A stretch of 63,504 nt of DNA, filler included, from Eremomyces bilateralis CBS 781.70 (taxonomy: Eukaryota), in the NCBI GenBank assembly GCA_010015585.1. It is 5 parts of 4 records of this genome, joined end to end, with 100 filler letters (N's around TTAATTAATTAA, not from the genome) between each part and the next. Parts side by side here need not be neighbours in the genome. Positions count along the whole stretch, not along the records: positions 1 to 30,848 come from ML975153.1; 4 more parts are not named here. One strand, given 5' to 3'. The first letter of the stretch is position 1. The number at the start of each line of letters is the position of its first letter. Below the pieces are notes generated by a model. The model was given only the letters and a program-made list of their open reading frames with translations, was not told the DNA's origin and ran no database searches. Both the position numbers and the translations under genes were made by a program. Positions 1-10,136 of this stretch are shown piece after piece.

Positions 1-2222
1 TCCAGCTCTTCGGCCTCCTTCCATCGGCCTTGATTCCGGTACGTCGACGCCAGGTTGGCCATGCTGGTCAGCGTGTCTGGATGCTCTGTGCCGAGCAACC
101 CCGTTTCTATTTCGAGCACCTGGGAATACGCAATCTCTGCCTCACTCCATCGTCCGTCGGCGTCAAGACACGTTCCATATCTCCATTGGAGATCTATCCT
201 CCTCTTCGAATCCTTCCGGACGAAGTCAGACTGCAGCACAACGCGCACGTGCGGCAGGTACGCCCTCCATATGCTACGGTTCGTGTAGGTATTATCCGGA
301 AAAATCTCCTCTAGTCGCACAATTGCCTTTTCGGTCCACTGGGCCAGTTGATCGTTCTCTTGGAGCCAATTACGAGCAGCTACATGTACTAAACGATGAA
401 GATCGACCGTAAGTCCGGCCGGATGTTTGCTAAGAAATGAATACGCATGAAGCGTCCCGATAGCGTCTGTCTCCTTCTTACGAGATGGACCAGGTGGAAA
501 AAGACACTGTGGGATCTCTTTTGGTTCAACACATGCTGTTAGCGATAAGTAGTCCGCCGCCAGGGAGTCGTGCTGCCGAATTCGCTCGAACGATATTAGC
601 CATGTTATGGCCACTGGGTTCTTGATATTATCGTATCTGCCGTTATCCTCAAAGTCTTCGCTTAGAAGTTCAATTATAGACTCGTCCTGCTCATCGAGTA
701 AGGAAAGATAGTCCGCGATCGAGATGCCGTTCGCATTAATATACGCTGCCGCCTGAACGATGGCGAGCGGAAGGTAAGTCAGCTGCGTAAGCAAGTTTTC
801 GGTTGCGGTTTGGTAGGGCGCTATATCGAGTCCGTTCAGGCATTTCTGCAGGAGCTCCGAAGCCGCCTCTAGGTTCATCTCCTGCACTTCTACCAAGTTC
901 TGAGGCGCTAGCTTAGTAGCGAGCTTCCTATCTCGCGTCGTAAAGAGGATACTTCCCTTATTGCTCCTTGGAAGGCAGTCGAGGAGACGGATAGATTGCC
1001 TAGCGGTTGATTTTCCCACCCACATATCCATGTCGTCGGCGTTGTCAAACACCATGAGCCATTGGCCCGCGCCTTCGCCACTGAGGTATTTCTGAACCAG
1101 TCGCCTCACATCTACTCCTTGCTCATCTCTTCCGGGTATATCTAACTCTTCGGCTACTGCCGAGTACGCCTGAAGAAGGGTTTCAGGATCGGTCGCAGGA
1201 ATCCAAAATACTGAGCGGTCCCTCTGTTTCTCCGTGATCCGATAGGCTATCTCAATCGCTAACTGCGTCTTCCCCACCCCCCCAAGTCCAGTGATTGCGA
1301 CCTTCGTGGTTTGGCCATGTCGGAAGAGTAGCTTCTCAATTCGAGAAAGCTCGGATTCGCGACCGGTGAAGCGAGGATTGCGGTCGAAAGAGATAGTACG
1401 TGCCAACTTTCGCGCTATAAAATGGAGCACATTAGCAAAGAGATACGCACATTCGAAATCAAAGGTCCTACATGGACGCGAGCTGGTGTGCTCGGAGTCC
1501 TCGATCTCTCGTCGCAGCCTTCTTATTGCATGCTTTCGCCCTTCGCCATAAATAGGCAGTAAGAAGACTTGAAAAATCCCAAGAAGGCAGTATGCCATAT
1601 CCTCCTCTTTAGTCGTTTGTCGCTTCTTAACCCATCGAAACCTCTCCTCGATGCTAAAATCACAAAGCGAACGGCCTTGGAGTGCCTCGATAGCGACTTC
1701 AGTTCTATCGTAGATGCTTCGTTCGAGTGACTTCTTATCACCTAGTCGGACGTAGTCTCGGGAATAGAATTCGACGGTTTTCGGAGCGACAAGCTCTTGG
1801 AGCGTCCATCCTCGTGTGAACCATCGACTATTGCGAAAGGATGATTCCCATTCGATATGAGACACTAGACCGTCCGGCGTGCGTACCGAAACATCGGATA
1901 GATAGACGTAACATCGTGCGGCATTCTGGTACCAGAGAAACATAGAGTTAATCGCCTCTGCAAACTCGGCACTATTCGATTTGTCAATACAGCAGGTGTC
2001 CACCCAGAAATAGGATAGACCGTCAGCTTTCGCTTGACCTCCGCAGAATACCAGCTTCTGGTATCCAACCTTCTGCTTTCCGGCACCATCCGTGATGTCC
2101 TTGAATGTGACTTCATCGCTGTCGCTTCCCCACGTATGAGAAAGTATGGCATAAGGATGGATCGTGGTTTGGAATGTCTCCAGGCTGAACCCACCGTTGC
2201 CGTCGAGCTTTAAGAGGCGCAT
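1..2222 (-). CDS. HET-domain / NB-ARC / TPR NLR-like protein (3' end outside window)
   Basis: Manual translation from ATG 2222 is open to the window edge (hence absent from the ORF track). HET motifs YAILSHTWG, YFWVDTCCIDK, WFTRGWTLQEL; Walker A GLGGVGKT; WLMVFDNADD; TPR LGTEHPDTLTSMANLASTYRNQGRWKEAEEL. Probable 57-nt intron 1415-1471. Confidence 0.93.
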   Translation of the reverse strand, partial: MRLLKLDGNGGFSLETFQTTIHPYAILSHTWGSDSDEVTFKDITDGAGKQKVGYQKLVFCGGQAKADGLSYFWVDTCCIDKSNSAEFAEAINSMFLWYQNAARCYVYLSDVSVRTPDGLVSHIEWESSFRNSRWFTRGWTLQELVAPKTVEFYSRDYVRLGDKKSLERSIYDRTEVAIEALQGRSLCDFSIEERFRWVKKRQTTKEEDMAYCLLGIFQVFLLPIYGEGRKHAIRRLRREIEDSEHTSSRPCRTFDFECAYLFANVLHFIARKLARTISFDRNPRFTGRESELSRIEKLLFRHGQTTKVAITGLGGVGKTQLAIEIAYRITEKQRDRSVFWIPATDPETLLQAYSAVAEELDIPGRDEQGVDVRRLVQKYLSGEGAGQWLMVFDNADDMDMWVGKSTARQSIRLLDCLPRSNKGSILFTTRDRKLATKLAPQNLVEVQEMNLEAASELLQKCLNGLDIAPYQTATENLLTQLTYLPLAIVQAAAYINANGISIADYLSLLDEQDESIIELLSEDFEDNGRYDNIKNPVAITWLISFERIRQHDSLAADYLSLTACVEPKEIPQCLFPPGPSRKKETDAIGTLHAYSFLSKHPAGLTVDLHRLVHVAARNWLQENDQLAQWTEKAIVRLEEIFPDNTYTNRSIWRAYLPHVRVVLQSDFVRKDSKRRIDLQWRYGTCLDADGRWSEAEIAYSQVLEIETGLLGTEHPDTLTSMANLASTYRNQGRWKEAEEL

Positions 2223-3587
2223 CGTTGGTCGCAGGAATCGACAGATCGTCGTTATCGAGAAATCGTGACGCCTGGTCTGGGAAATTCGAACCACATGTTA
2301 GCTGGCACATCAAGACAGACGACGATGAACAATGTGATTAGGCACAAGGCTGCGGAGGTTTCGATTATACAAGGCTGAGCGACACCGATTGTGGCTTGTC
2401 GAGCCTGACGGTCTGCATCGCCTCTCTTCCATCCTCTCTCGTGCATGTCTTCGTCAACCGTAGTTGGCACATTATGTCGATAAGTCGAAGATGCATACGG
2501 CTAACATCTGTTTAAGATCGTCTCAGACGGAGAGTCATCGAGAAACTCGGACATGTGGCTGGTCGTTCAAATTCATACATTACGCTGACTCTCAAGTTCT
2601 GGGTCTGGTGCTTGCCTTCACAGTTCACGCTGGTTTCCTTCACACAGGGACACTTAGTGACACCCAAGAGCGTTAGTCTGCCAAGGCCATCATTAGGGAG
2701 ACCTGTTAGGTCATAGTAATTTACAATGTACTAGTTATTATATAATAGCCCCATGACTGTATGGGTCGCCGAAAGAGGAAGTGCGATCGGCTGCTAGTAG
2801 CTACCGACCTGCATGGTCGAAATATCTAAGATCGCTTCCAACACAACGCATGCTCTGGATAAAGGACTTCTAGCATTACAACGGGATTATATGACTTAGG
2901 ATCATTCGTTTATGGCTTTTTGAAAAGAAACTACGATGATGGTGGCGTTGTAGCATAGACATAGTATCTCAGCGTTAAAGATGCATTCCGAGTGCTGCCC
3001 TGAAATTGGCCGACCGGCGACCACGGAATCGTAATTTTTATGGTTCACGCCGTCTCATATGTTTAAGATGGGCCGGGAAACGGATTTTATAAGGATTTAT
3101 AAGAATTACAATATCCATAGAGCCTCTGAGTGGGGTTGAAGTCAAAGTACCTCGAATTCGTTCCAGCACAGCGGGCGTTCCATCACGCAGGGGGGGAGGT
3201 TAAGTTAAATACAAGGGAAAAGACTAAGTTGTCCGAAATAGGCTTAGCCTAGGGGTACCTAGGGGTAATGGGCAGTGAAAGGAATGTTAGGGCAGTAGAA
3301 ACCAACAGAGGCATCTTGCGACACCAGCGGCGGGCAATATACCATAATTCAGAGGCGGCTCACCCCCAACTCACCCAAACCACTGCCCAAAACGTGATCC
3401 CGCCTGAGCGGACGAAGCGCCAAGGCTCACCCGAAACTCACCCAGTCAGCACTCTTGTGCTTGCTTGAAGTAGAGAGTGTTGAATGGGACATCGCCTTTG
3501 GTGGAGTTTATGCTGGTTACAAAGTGGGTGGCGTGGGTGGTTACAAACCGGGGGGTCCTCTCTTGGCCGTCTTGGGCCAACGACTCG

Positions 3588-3617
3588 GAGGGTAGGGGTA
3601 TATCTTACTAAGACATT
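3588..3617 (+). repeat. 30-bp motif A, copy 1 (candidate element terminus)
   Basis: GAGGGTAGGGGTATATCTTACTAAGACATT; 26/30 identical to 7427-7456; contains near-palindrome TCTTAcTAAGA. Confidence 0.75.
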
Positions 3618-3649
3618 GGGCCCTCAAATAATTCAATGGGTGATCACTG

Positions 3650-4920
3650 ATCAGGCAGGAGACGGCATCACGGCATAGATTATCGAACCCTGTTCTTCGT
3701 GCCGCGCGTACGGGCGTCGCAGCTTGTAGTCTCTCCGTGTCGACACTAGTTATACTCTTTTTCGTCTTCCTGTTCAGGATGTCAAGTCTCTCGATCCCCT
3801 CCGGCCGGCTGCCCGGCTGCTTTTTAAGCCGCTCAGGGCACTTTCCGGGGTAGCTCTATACGGTATCTGATCATCGACGAAAAAAATGTATAATCGGCCT
3901 TCGCCAGCTCTCCTATATTGACCGTCGTTGCCGCGAGATCTTTCCTGGCGTAGACAAGTCTTTCGGTGGTCTCTGTATTCTCCTCTTTGGCGACTTCTTC
4001 CAGCTTCCTCCGGTCTTGGAAACTGCTCTTTATAACCAGAAGAGACATCTAAAGCTAGATGAATAGTATGGACGTAATATCTACTACTAATTCGAGCGAA
4101 CGATTAAGCTTAATGAAGTCGTTCGGTAGCAGGGTAATATCGTTAAGTCAATTCAGTTCCACCAGGCTCTCGATTATCTGCGGATAGGCTCCGCAGCCCG
4201 TGACGACTGGACACTGCTTAGTACACGAGTATAGGCCATGCTTCAGTCTGAGGAGGTGGCATCGTTCCGGGACGCTCTCCGTATCTTCGGTAAGAAAACG
4301 CCTGTCGCCGTGTTTAACTATCGTCGTTTACACGATCTCTGTTCTCCTGTAATGATGTGTCGAGCAATTCACGAAGGAGGGGCAGAGGCAGAAAATGTTC
4401 CGACTAATGAGGCAAGAAACCTCTATTCTAAGATTCCGATGGCGTTGGGAACCCGTGTTATATTGACAGAGAATCTCTAGACCCAACGAGGCCTAGTGAA
4501 CGGTGCGGTGGGAACAGTACGTGATATTCGCTGGCAGACTAGTGCTAATATCCAGAAGGATCCTTCTTCTATACTCCTCGTTCAATTCGATCGATATGAG
4601 GGACCGACGTTGGACGTAGGCAGCTTTGTCTTGGTCCCAATCCTCCCATCACGCCGCGAGTTCTATATCGGGAATACTTCCTGTTTACGTTCACAGTTCC
4701 CGTTGACCATCACTGATGCCATCACAACGTATAAGTCGCAGGGAATGACTCTAGCACGGGCTATGCTGGACATTTCGGAGCGGGAGTTCGCGCCTGGCCT
4801 GACCTACGTGGCAGTCTCCCGTGTAAAAATCCTTAGAGGGATCATGTTTAAGGCTCTATTCGACTTGCAGGATTTGAACCCTCGTACGGAGAGCGAGACG
4901 ATGGCGTTCCGGAAGCAGGA
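3650..4920 (+). pseudogene. Decayed PIF1-family helicase, Helitron/TE-type, N-terminally truncated
   Basis: Motifs RAARTGVAA, YLIIDEK, FGDFFQLPP, NGAVGTV, RSQFPL, KSQGMTL, GLTYVAVSRV, broken by frameshifts and TAG stops at expected CAG/TGG codons (RIP-like). No Walker A or Rep/HUH domain visible. Start coordinate approximate. Confidence 0.88.
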
Positions 4921-4950
4921 AGGTTGCCTTTATGCACCACAGGCCTATTT
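4921..4950 (+). repeat. 30-bp direct repeat B, copy 1
   Basis: AGGTTGCCTTTATGCACCACAGGCCTATTT, identical to 7348-7377. Confidence 0.95.
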
Positions 4951-5065
4951 TTCCCGTGATTCTACCAAGACCTGGCAGGATTGGATTCCACGGATCGTTC
5001 TGATTGACCATATGTCAACACGTTGGTATTTGCCTAGTGGTGATAATACATCGTGTAGTTCTGAT

Positions 5066-6857
5066 CTAATCTACAGTACCATATTTTTCAGTAGAAACTT
5101 CTATGCAACCCTCCGATCCAGGAAGCGGTGGGGCCTTGAGCTCGAGATCAAACAACTCTTTGCAAACTTTATCAATGTACCGGGACGTTGACCCAGAATC
5201 AAGGTGCAGCTCAATGCCACGCTCCGTACAAGCCTCAACTATCTTCTCAAAATAATGCCGCGCAAGGGCCGGACCCGTCGGCCCCGGCGGACAGCCCAAC
5301 TTTGGTGTGGGCGTATCATCTGCGCAGTCCAGCACCTCATCTAGGTATACGTGCCGCAGACCTTCCATCTCGACCACGTTACTCTCGAGCAGCGCGACGA
5401 TTCCACTGGCAATCGCCTTAAAGTCGCCCCCGCGGAGTCGCTGCCACCTGTTCGGCCGCAGTACCAACACTTCCGTAGTGTTCGGAACGCAATACTGAAA
5501 GAATTCGACTGATCGAGCATGGGAGCCGCAGTTATCCGATCTACCTTCCCAATTGCTGCTCGCGCCCCCGTTGTTGCCCTTAGGTGTTTCTTCTTCCTCT
5601 TCCCTGTCGATCTCCATTGTCATCGAACCGAGCAGGATGTCTCCTATATCCAGCGTCATAATTGTGACGCAGTGGTAAAGGTCGATGACTTCTTCAGGCC
5701 GGAACTTAGAGCAGCGATAGCCCCTCAACTCGCCAATCTCATCCCCGAATATAAGAGTCTTCAAAGTTTCGCCATGCCTTTCTCCTAGCCAGCCTATAGT
5801 GTTATCGAAGTCGTTGAACCCACAGTCTTTAACGATAAAAGTTCTTAGCGCCTTCGCGCTGTCGATAAATGCATTTACAGCGTGTTTGACGTACTCCCCG
5901 TCGTACTCCTCGTTGCCCGCGCGCTCGATGAACAGGTGCTCGACAGACGACGAGGCCGATGGCAATCCCAAGCCGGGGATATCTGGGTCCACTAACGGGT
6001 CGTCGTCATTGACGTCGGCCTCGTTTATCCACAGGCCTCCGAGGTAGATTTTCCGGATGTTGGGGAGAAGGAATACCGGCGCTACGTTGATGGCCCATAG
6101 GCCTGAGTACCTCTCGAAGTCGGGAGGATAGAAGTCGCGATGCGGAACGGTGATCATCACTGTGTGCAGAGATTCGAAACCTGGTGGCCAGAGGGGCTCG
6201 GGTTTCATTTCGTGAAAGGCACGGATGGCATTACAGAAGAAGTTGCGGGTTGGATCGACTGCATAGTCTTGACTGGGAGGGCTCAGCTTGCCTATTCCTT
6301 TGCGATTGTAAGCTACGGACGATTACTTACGACGACCGATGGGAAGCCCAAAACTCTTCCGTGATCTCATCAAGTTTATCCTGATTAGGCGGGGGAAAGA
6401 GAGAGATGGTCTTGACGGTATGGACTCGGGAAGACAAAGCAAGCAAGCCGGTTTCGAGTGCTTCCAGATTCCCATTTCGAATTTGAGAAATGCCAAAGGC
6501 AGGTATACCGATCGCCCCCAGGGTTTTGCAAACGGTCTCAGCCAGAGCAGCAAGCTTCGCCTCGCTAACATGACCAGTTAGCCTACATTTATGGTAGCTG
6601 TTGAGACCTTCGAAAGTCCGAAGATGCCATGCCGCAACATTGTCCGTTGCAACATTGCGAAGTTGCCTAAGAATTGCAGCCGGCTCTTGGTCCGAAAATG
6701 TCCGGTAGGAGTAGTAGTATTTTTGGTGCTTTTCAATAATGTGCCGCGAAAGATTGAAAACTTGTTTGTCCACTAGGGCAAGATCTAGATGGAATAGAGG
6801 ATCGAGGTGGTGGTAAATCATCTCAACAACTTCTAGTGGAAGAGAGTGGATGCCCAT
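5066..6857 (-). CDS. F-box-like protein (2 exons)
   Basis: N-terminus MGIHSLPLEVVEMIYHHLD fits an F-box start. Intron 6273-6330 (GTAAGT...CCCAG) joins ORFs 6327-6926 and 5066-6208 in frame. C-terminal part is Leu-rich, LRR-like. Confidence 0.75.
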
Positions 6858-7347
6858 GATTGTAGCAATGGCACTTGCTGTATGCTCGTTTTGGATCAAC
6901 AAGCTGGGTTGCGAGTAGTCTACCAAAATAACTCCTTACAGAAAGAGACGTTGATAAGTAGCGACGTCGTGATAGGGGTTTATTGATTGATTGATTCCTG
7001 CTGTCGCACGGGATGTGCTAAATGGTTAGAAGTCAGAGTAATCTGATGATCAAGCAGCAGAGTTGTATTGGAGAGGTTTTGTAACCTCGAATACCATTTT
7101 ACAACTCCACTACAACCCACCTTTCTGTTAGCCATAGGTCCTAATGGAGTCTACGGTGTAAATTTTGATGATCCACAGTTGTAACTCATTTACAACAGTT
7201 GTAATCGAGTAAAGTGTAAATGCTGTAATCTTAAGCTTCAGTTATTTTATCTACACAATACAACAACTTCGCTGCTGTCACCAAATCACCCGACCCCCAA
7301 CCATTTTAGCACTACCCGTGCGACAAGATGATACCTTGGTCTGCGAC

Positions 7348-7377
7348 AGGTTGCCTTTATGCACCACAGGCCTATTT
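7348..7377 (+). repeat. 30-bp direct repeat B, copy 2
   Basis: Exact match to 4921-4950. Confidence 0.95.
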
Positions 7378-7426
7378 ACCGTAATATACACAAGAGGTAG
7401 AGAGTTGAGCCCGACATAGTCGCCTA

Positions 7427-7577
7427 GAGGGTCGGGGTAGGTCTTAGTAAGACATTCAAAGTCAACATTATCTGGGTCCATATTCAATTCGACATTTACC
7501 TATTGTTCCCGCAGACATTAGCACAGTGCCAATGGGAAGACGATTCCGAGGGTGGACGTATGACTTAGTAAGACATG
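7427..7577 (+). repeat. Motif A copies 2 (7427-7456) and 3 (7548-7577)
   Basis: GAGGGTCGGGGTAGGTCTTAGTAAGACATT and GAGGGTGGACGTATGACTTAGTAAGACATG; copy 2 contains the palindrome GTCTTA-G-TAAGAC. Confidence 0.75.
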
Positions 7578-7843
7578 GATGGGCATCACTATCACGAATT
7601 CACGATGCTACATACATGTACACTAAGACGACGAGGCAATAAGGCAACAAGTTTTCTATCACCACACGAGACTCAACATTCTTGAGAGCACATAGACTTC
7701 GATAACTTACAGCGTGAGCCATTCAAGCTCCTTATACTATTCATCATTGCAAACCAGAACCAAAGTACCAGCTTTTACTCCTATGCTGTAATCAGGTTGA
7801 ATACCGGCAGTCGAAGTCGCCACTCCAGCCCCTACCATCTATA

Positions 7844-8285
7844 ATGGCTTCGGTTCCGACAACCACGACGAGCGGTTCTCCGCATCCCAATTCGCATCAC
7901 CATGCACAAGACGACGAGTCACTCACTCCGCTCGAGCAAGAGGTCTTAGACGAATACACTAAAGTCCTCGAAAACCTGAACAGTGTATGTTCTCCTCAGG
8001 ATACTCTCAGGCACTCAGGCCATACTGCGACCTCCCCCGCATAGATGCACTACCTGTCTTGATTCCTTGATGGAACTTGCAATTAACGATATTATGTAGT
8101 TCTCAGCCCTCCTCGCCGACCTCGCCGCCAAACCAAGCACCCAAATCCTCGAGTCGTTGCGCGGACTGGAGCGTAAGACAAGTTTGGTGTTCACACTGCT
8201 AAAGGCGAGTGTGTATAGCATTGTGCTGCAGCAGCAGATTCTAGGGGATGAGGCGGATGAGGAGTCGGCCACTGGTGCGGAATGA
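7844..8285 (+). CDS. DAD3: DASH/Dam1 kinetochore complex subunit Dad3
   Basis: LTPLEQEVLDEY...ILESLRGLERKTSLVFTLLKASVYSIVLQQ; intron 7985-8099. Confidence 0.93.
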
Positions 8286-8779
8286 AAGAGCTGGTTCAGT
8301 CAGTGGGAAACACATTGAAAGAGCTGGCGATTCGTGGTTGCAAGGCCTAGGGGCAATGCATAAAGATGTACGGATTGCCCTGACTCCTCAATCTGGGCTT
8401 GAATCGCGAAATGGACCCCCGATGGGTTGTGAAGCGCCCTTATGCGACACACAGCTTGCGAAAAGGGCATTCGGGGCCGCGGATGAAGATTTAGCTGAAA
8501 AAGCAGTTGGATGGCTCCTATACTGGAAACGCTCCGGATATCGGAGGGCGCTACTCATCGGAGGATCTCCAGTCAGCTGTCCTCTTGATGGCACGACTGT
8601 GTGCCAGCACCTAAGGAAAGAGAGAGTAGCAAAACGAACGTCGGTGAACCAGGCTTGCACAAATACGAATAATGGTCGGATGAATACAATGTCGACATGC
8701 GACGTATAATACATACCAACTGTGCAATAAACAGTCAGCCTCAAGCTCAGCGCCATGCTATGTATGCATCGCTAGATAT

Positions 8780-9882
8780 CTACAACACATTCCCAGCATA
8801 GTACACTTTCCGTACATCCACCAACTTCTTCCCTCGTCCCCGTGCAACGTCTTCTGGTAGCCGTTGACTCATCAAAGCTTCATACGCCGCCTTTACCGTA
8901 TTCATTGGATTCCGTGACTTGCCCACTCGAGCTGATAGATCCGTGATGCCCGCCGCTTTACATATCTCGAAGATCAGATGCGAGACTCGCGTGCCGAACC
9001 CTTCAATCAGTCAGTACGTCTCCTCGTCACACATCGATCGAACCTACCAGGCGGCCTCGAACTCAACTCCACCTGGACCGCCCCCACCTTCCCATGCACC
9101 GTCCCAAAGATCGTCCGGCCCTCATACCGCGGCACCGGCTTCATATTCCGAATCGCATCCAGCCGCGCATGCTTCATCGCGTCCGCGAACTCCGCCGCTT
9201 TCCCCACCCCGAGCCCCAGCAACCCGTCACCATTACCCGCCAGCGCCAGGATGCTGATCGACTGGATCTTCCCCAGCCGCGTCTGGTTCACGACGCGCCG
9301 GTTAACCAGGACGCGGGTGTGGAAGCCCTTCATCTCCTTGAGGTCGAAGCCGGAGATCTTCGCTAGTCGGTCCATCGGGCCTTCGGTGTCGGTTTGTAGG
9401 CGGGTGGGCGCGGTGAAATCGCTGTCAGGTAGTTTAGGGATCGCAGGGGCGACGGACGTGGTCGGGTGGGGGGAGGAGGGGGAGTTGGATGGATAGTCGA
9501 TGGCGGATCGGAGCTTGGTGAAGTCGTCGAGGTATTCCATCCGCCAGGCGTCCGAGCGGAGTTGACCTTGGAGCGCGAGATCATTCGTGTCTATGGACTT
9601 CTCCGCTGCGATGATGGCTTCGATTTGCTGAGGAGTGTAGTACTTGGCCATGGATTGCTGCTCGGCGGAGGTGAAGGGACGGTTCTCCGACTCGGTTTGG
9701 GCGACGCGCTCCTCCACGAGCTTCATGTCCACGGCTTTGATGCTCGCATATCGAGGACGTCGTCGAGCGGGGCGAGTGGGAGTGCTAGAGAAGGGTCGGA
9801 TGGGGGTTCGGAGGTGAGAGGCTCGATGGATACATGTGGAGGAGAGGGAGAAGAGACATGTTGCTGGGCGCGAGACGCTCAT
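8780..9882 (-). CDS. MRPS5: Mitochondrial small ribosomal subunit protein uS5m
   Basis: Arg/Ser-rich presequence; [10 protein letters not shown]...[10 protein letters not shown]...[10 protein letters not shown]; intron 9001-9047; ends [17 protein letters not shown]. Confidence 0.93.
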
Positions 9883-10136
9883 TGCGTCTCGACTGAACCT
9901 CCAGCTGGTCTAAACTCTCGGAATGGCCTTGCAATCAGCGATTGAAGACTGATGAGCTCGATCGGGGGCTTCTTGGAGTGTCGTGCTTGGATTGGAACTT
10001 TTTGAAATCTCTCGACGTCGTTGCGAATTGGACGGGATGCTGAATGCGCTAGACCCAACACGGTTAGCTCGTTCCATCGAAAAGTTGATTTCCCCGAGAC
10101 CCGATATTTGGTATTTTCTTCATTGATAATGCTTTG

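Noticed and set aside
4921..5191. PIF1 ORF extension overlapping the F-box 3' end
   Set aside because: Helicase similarity ends near 4920 at repeat B; the rest is chance read-through.
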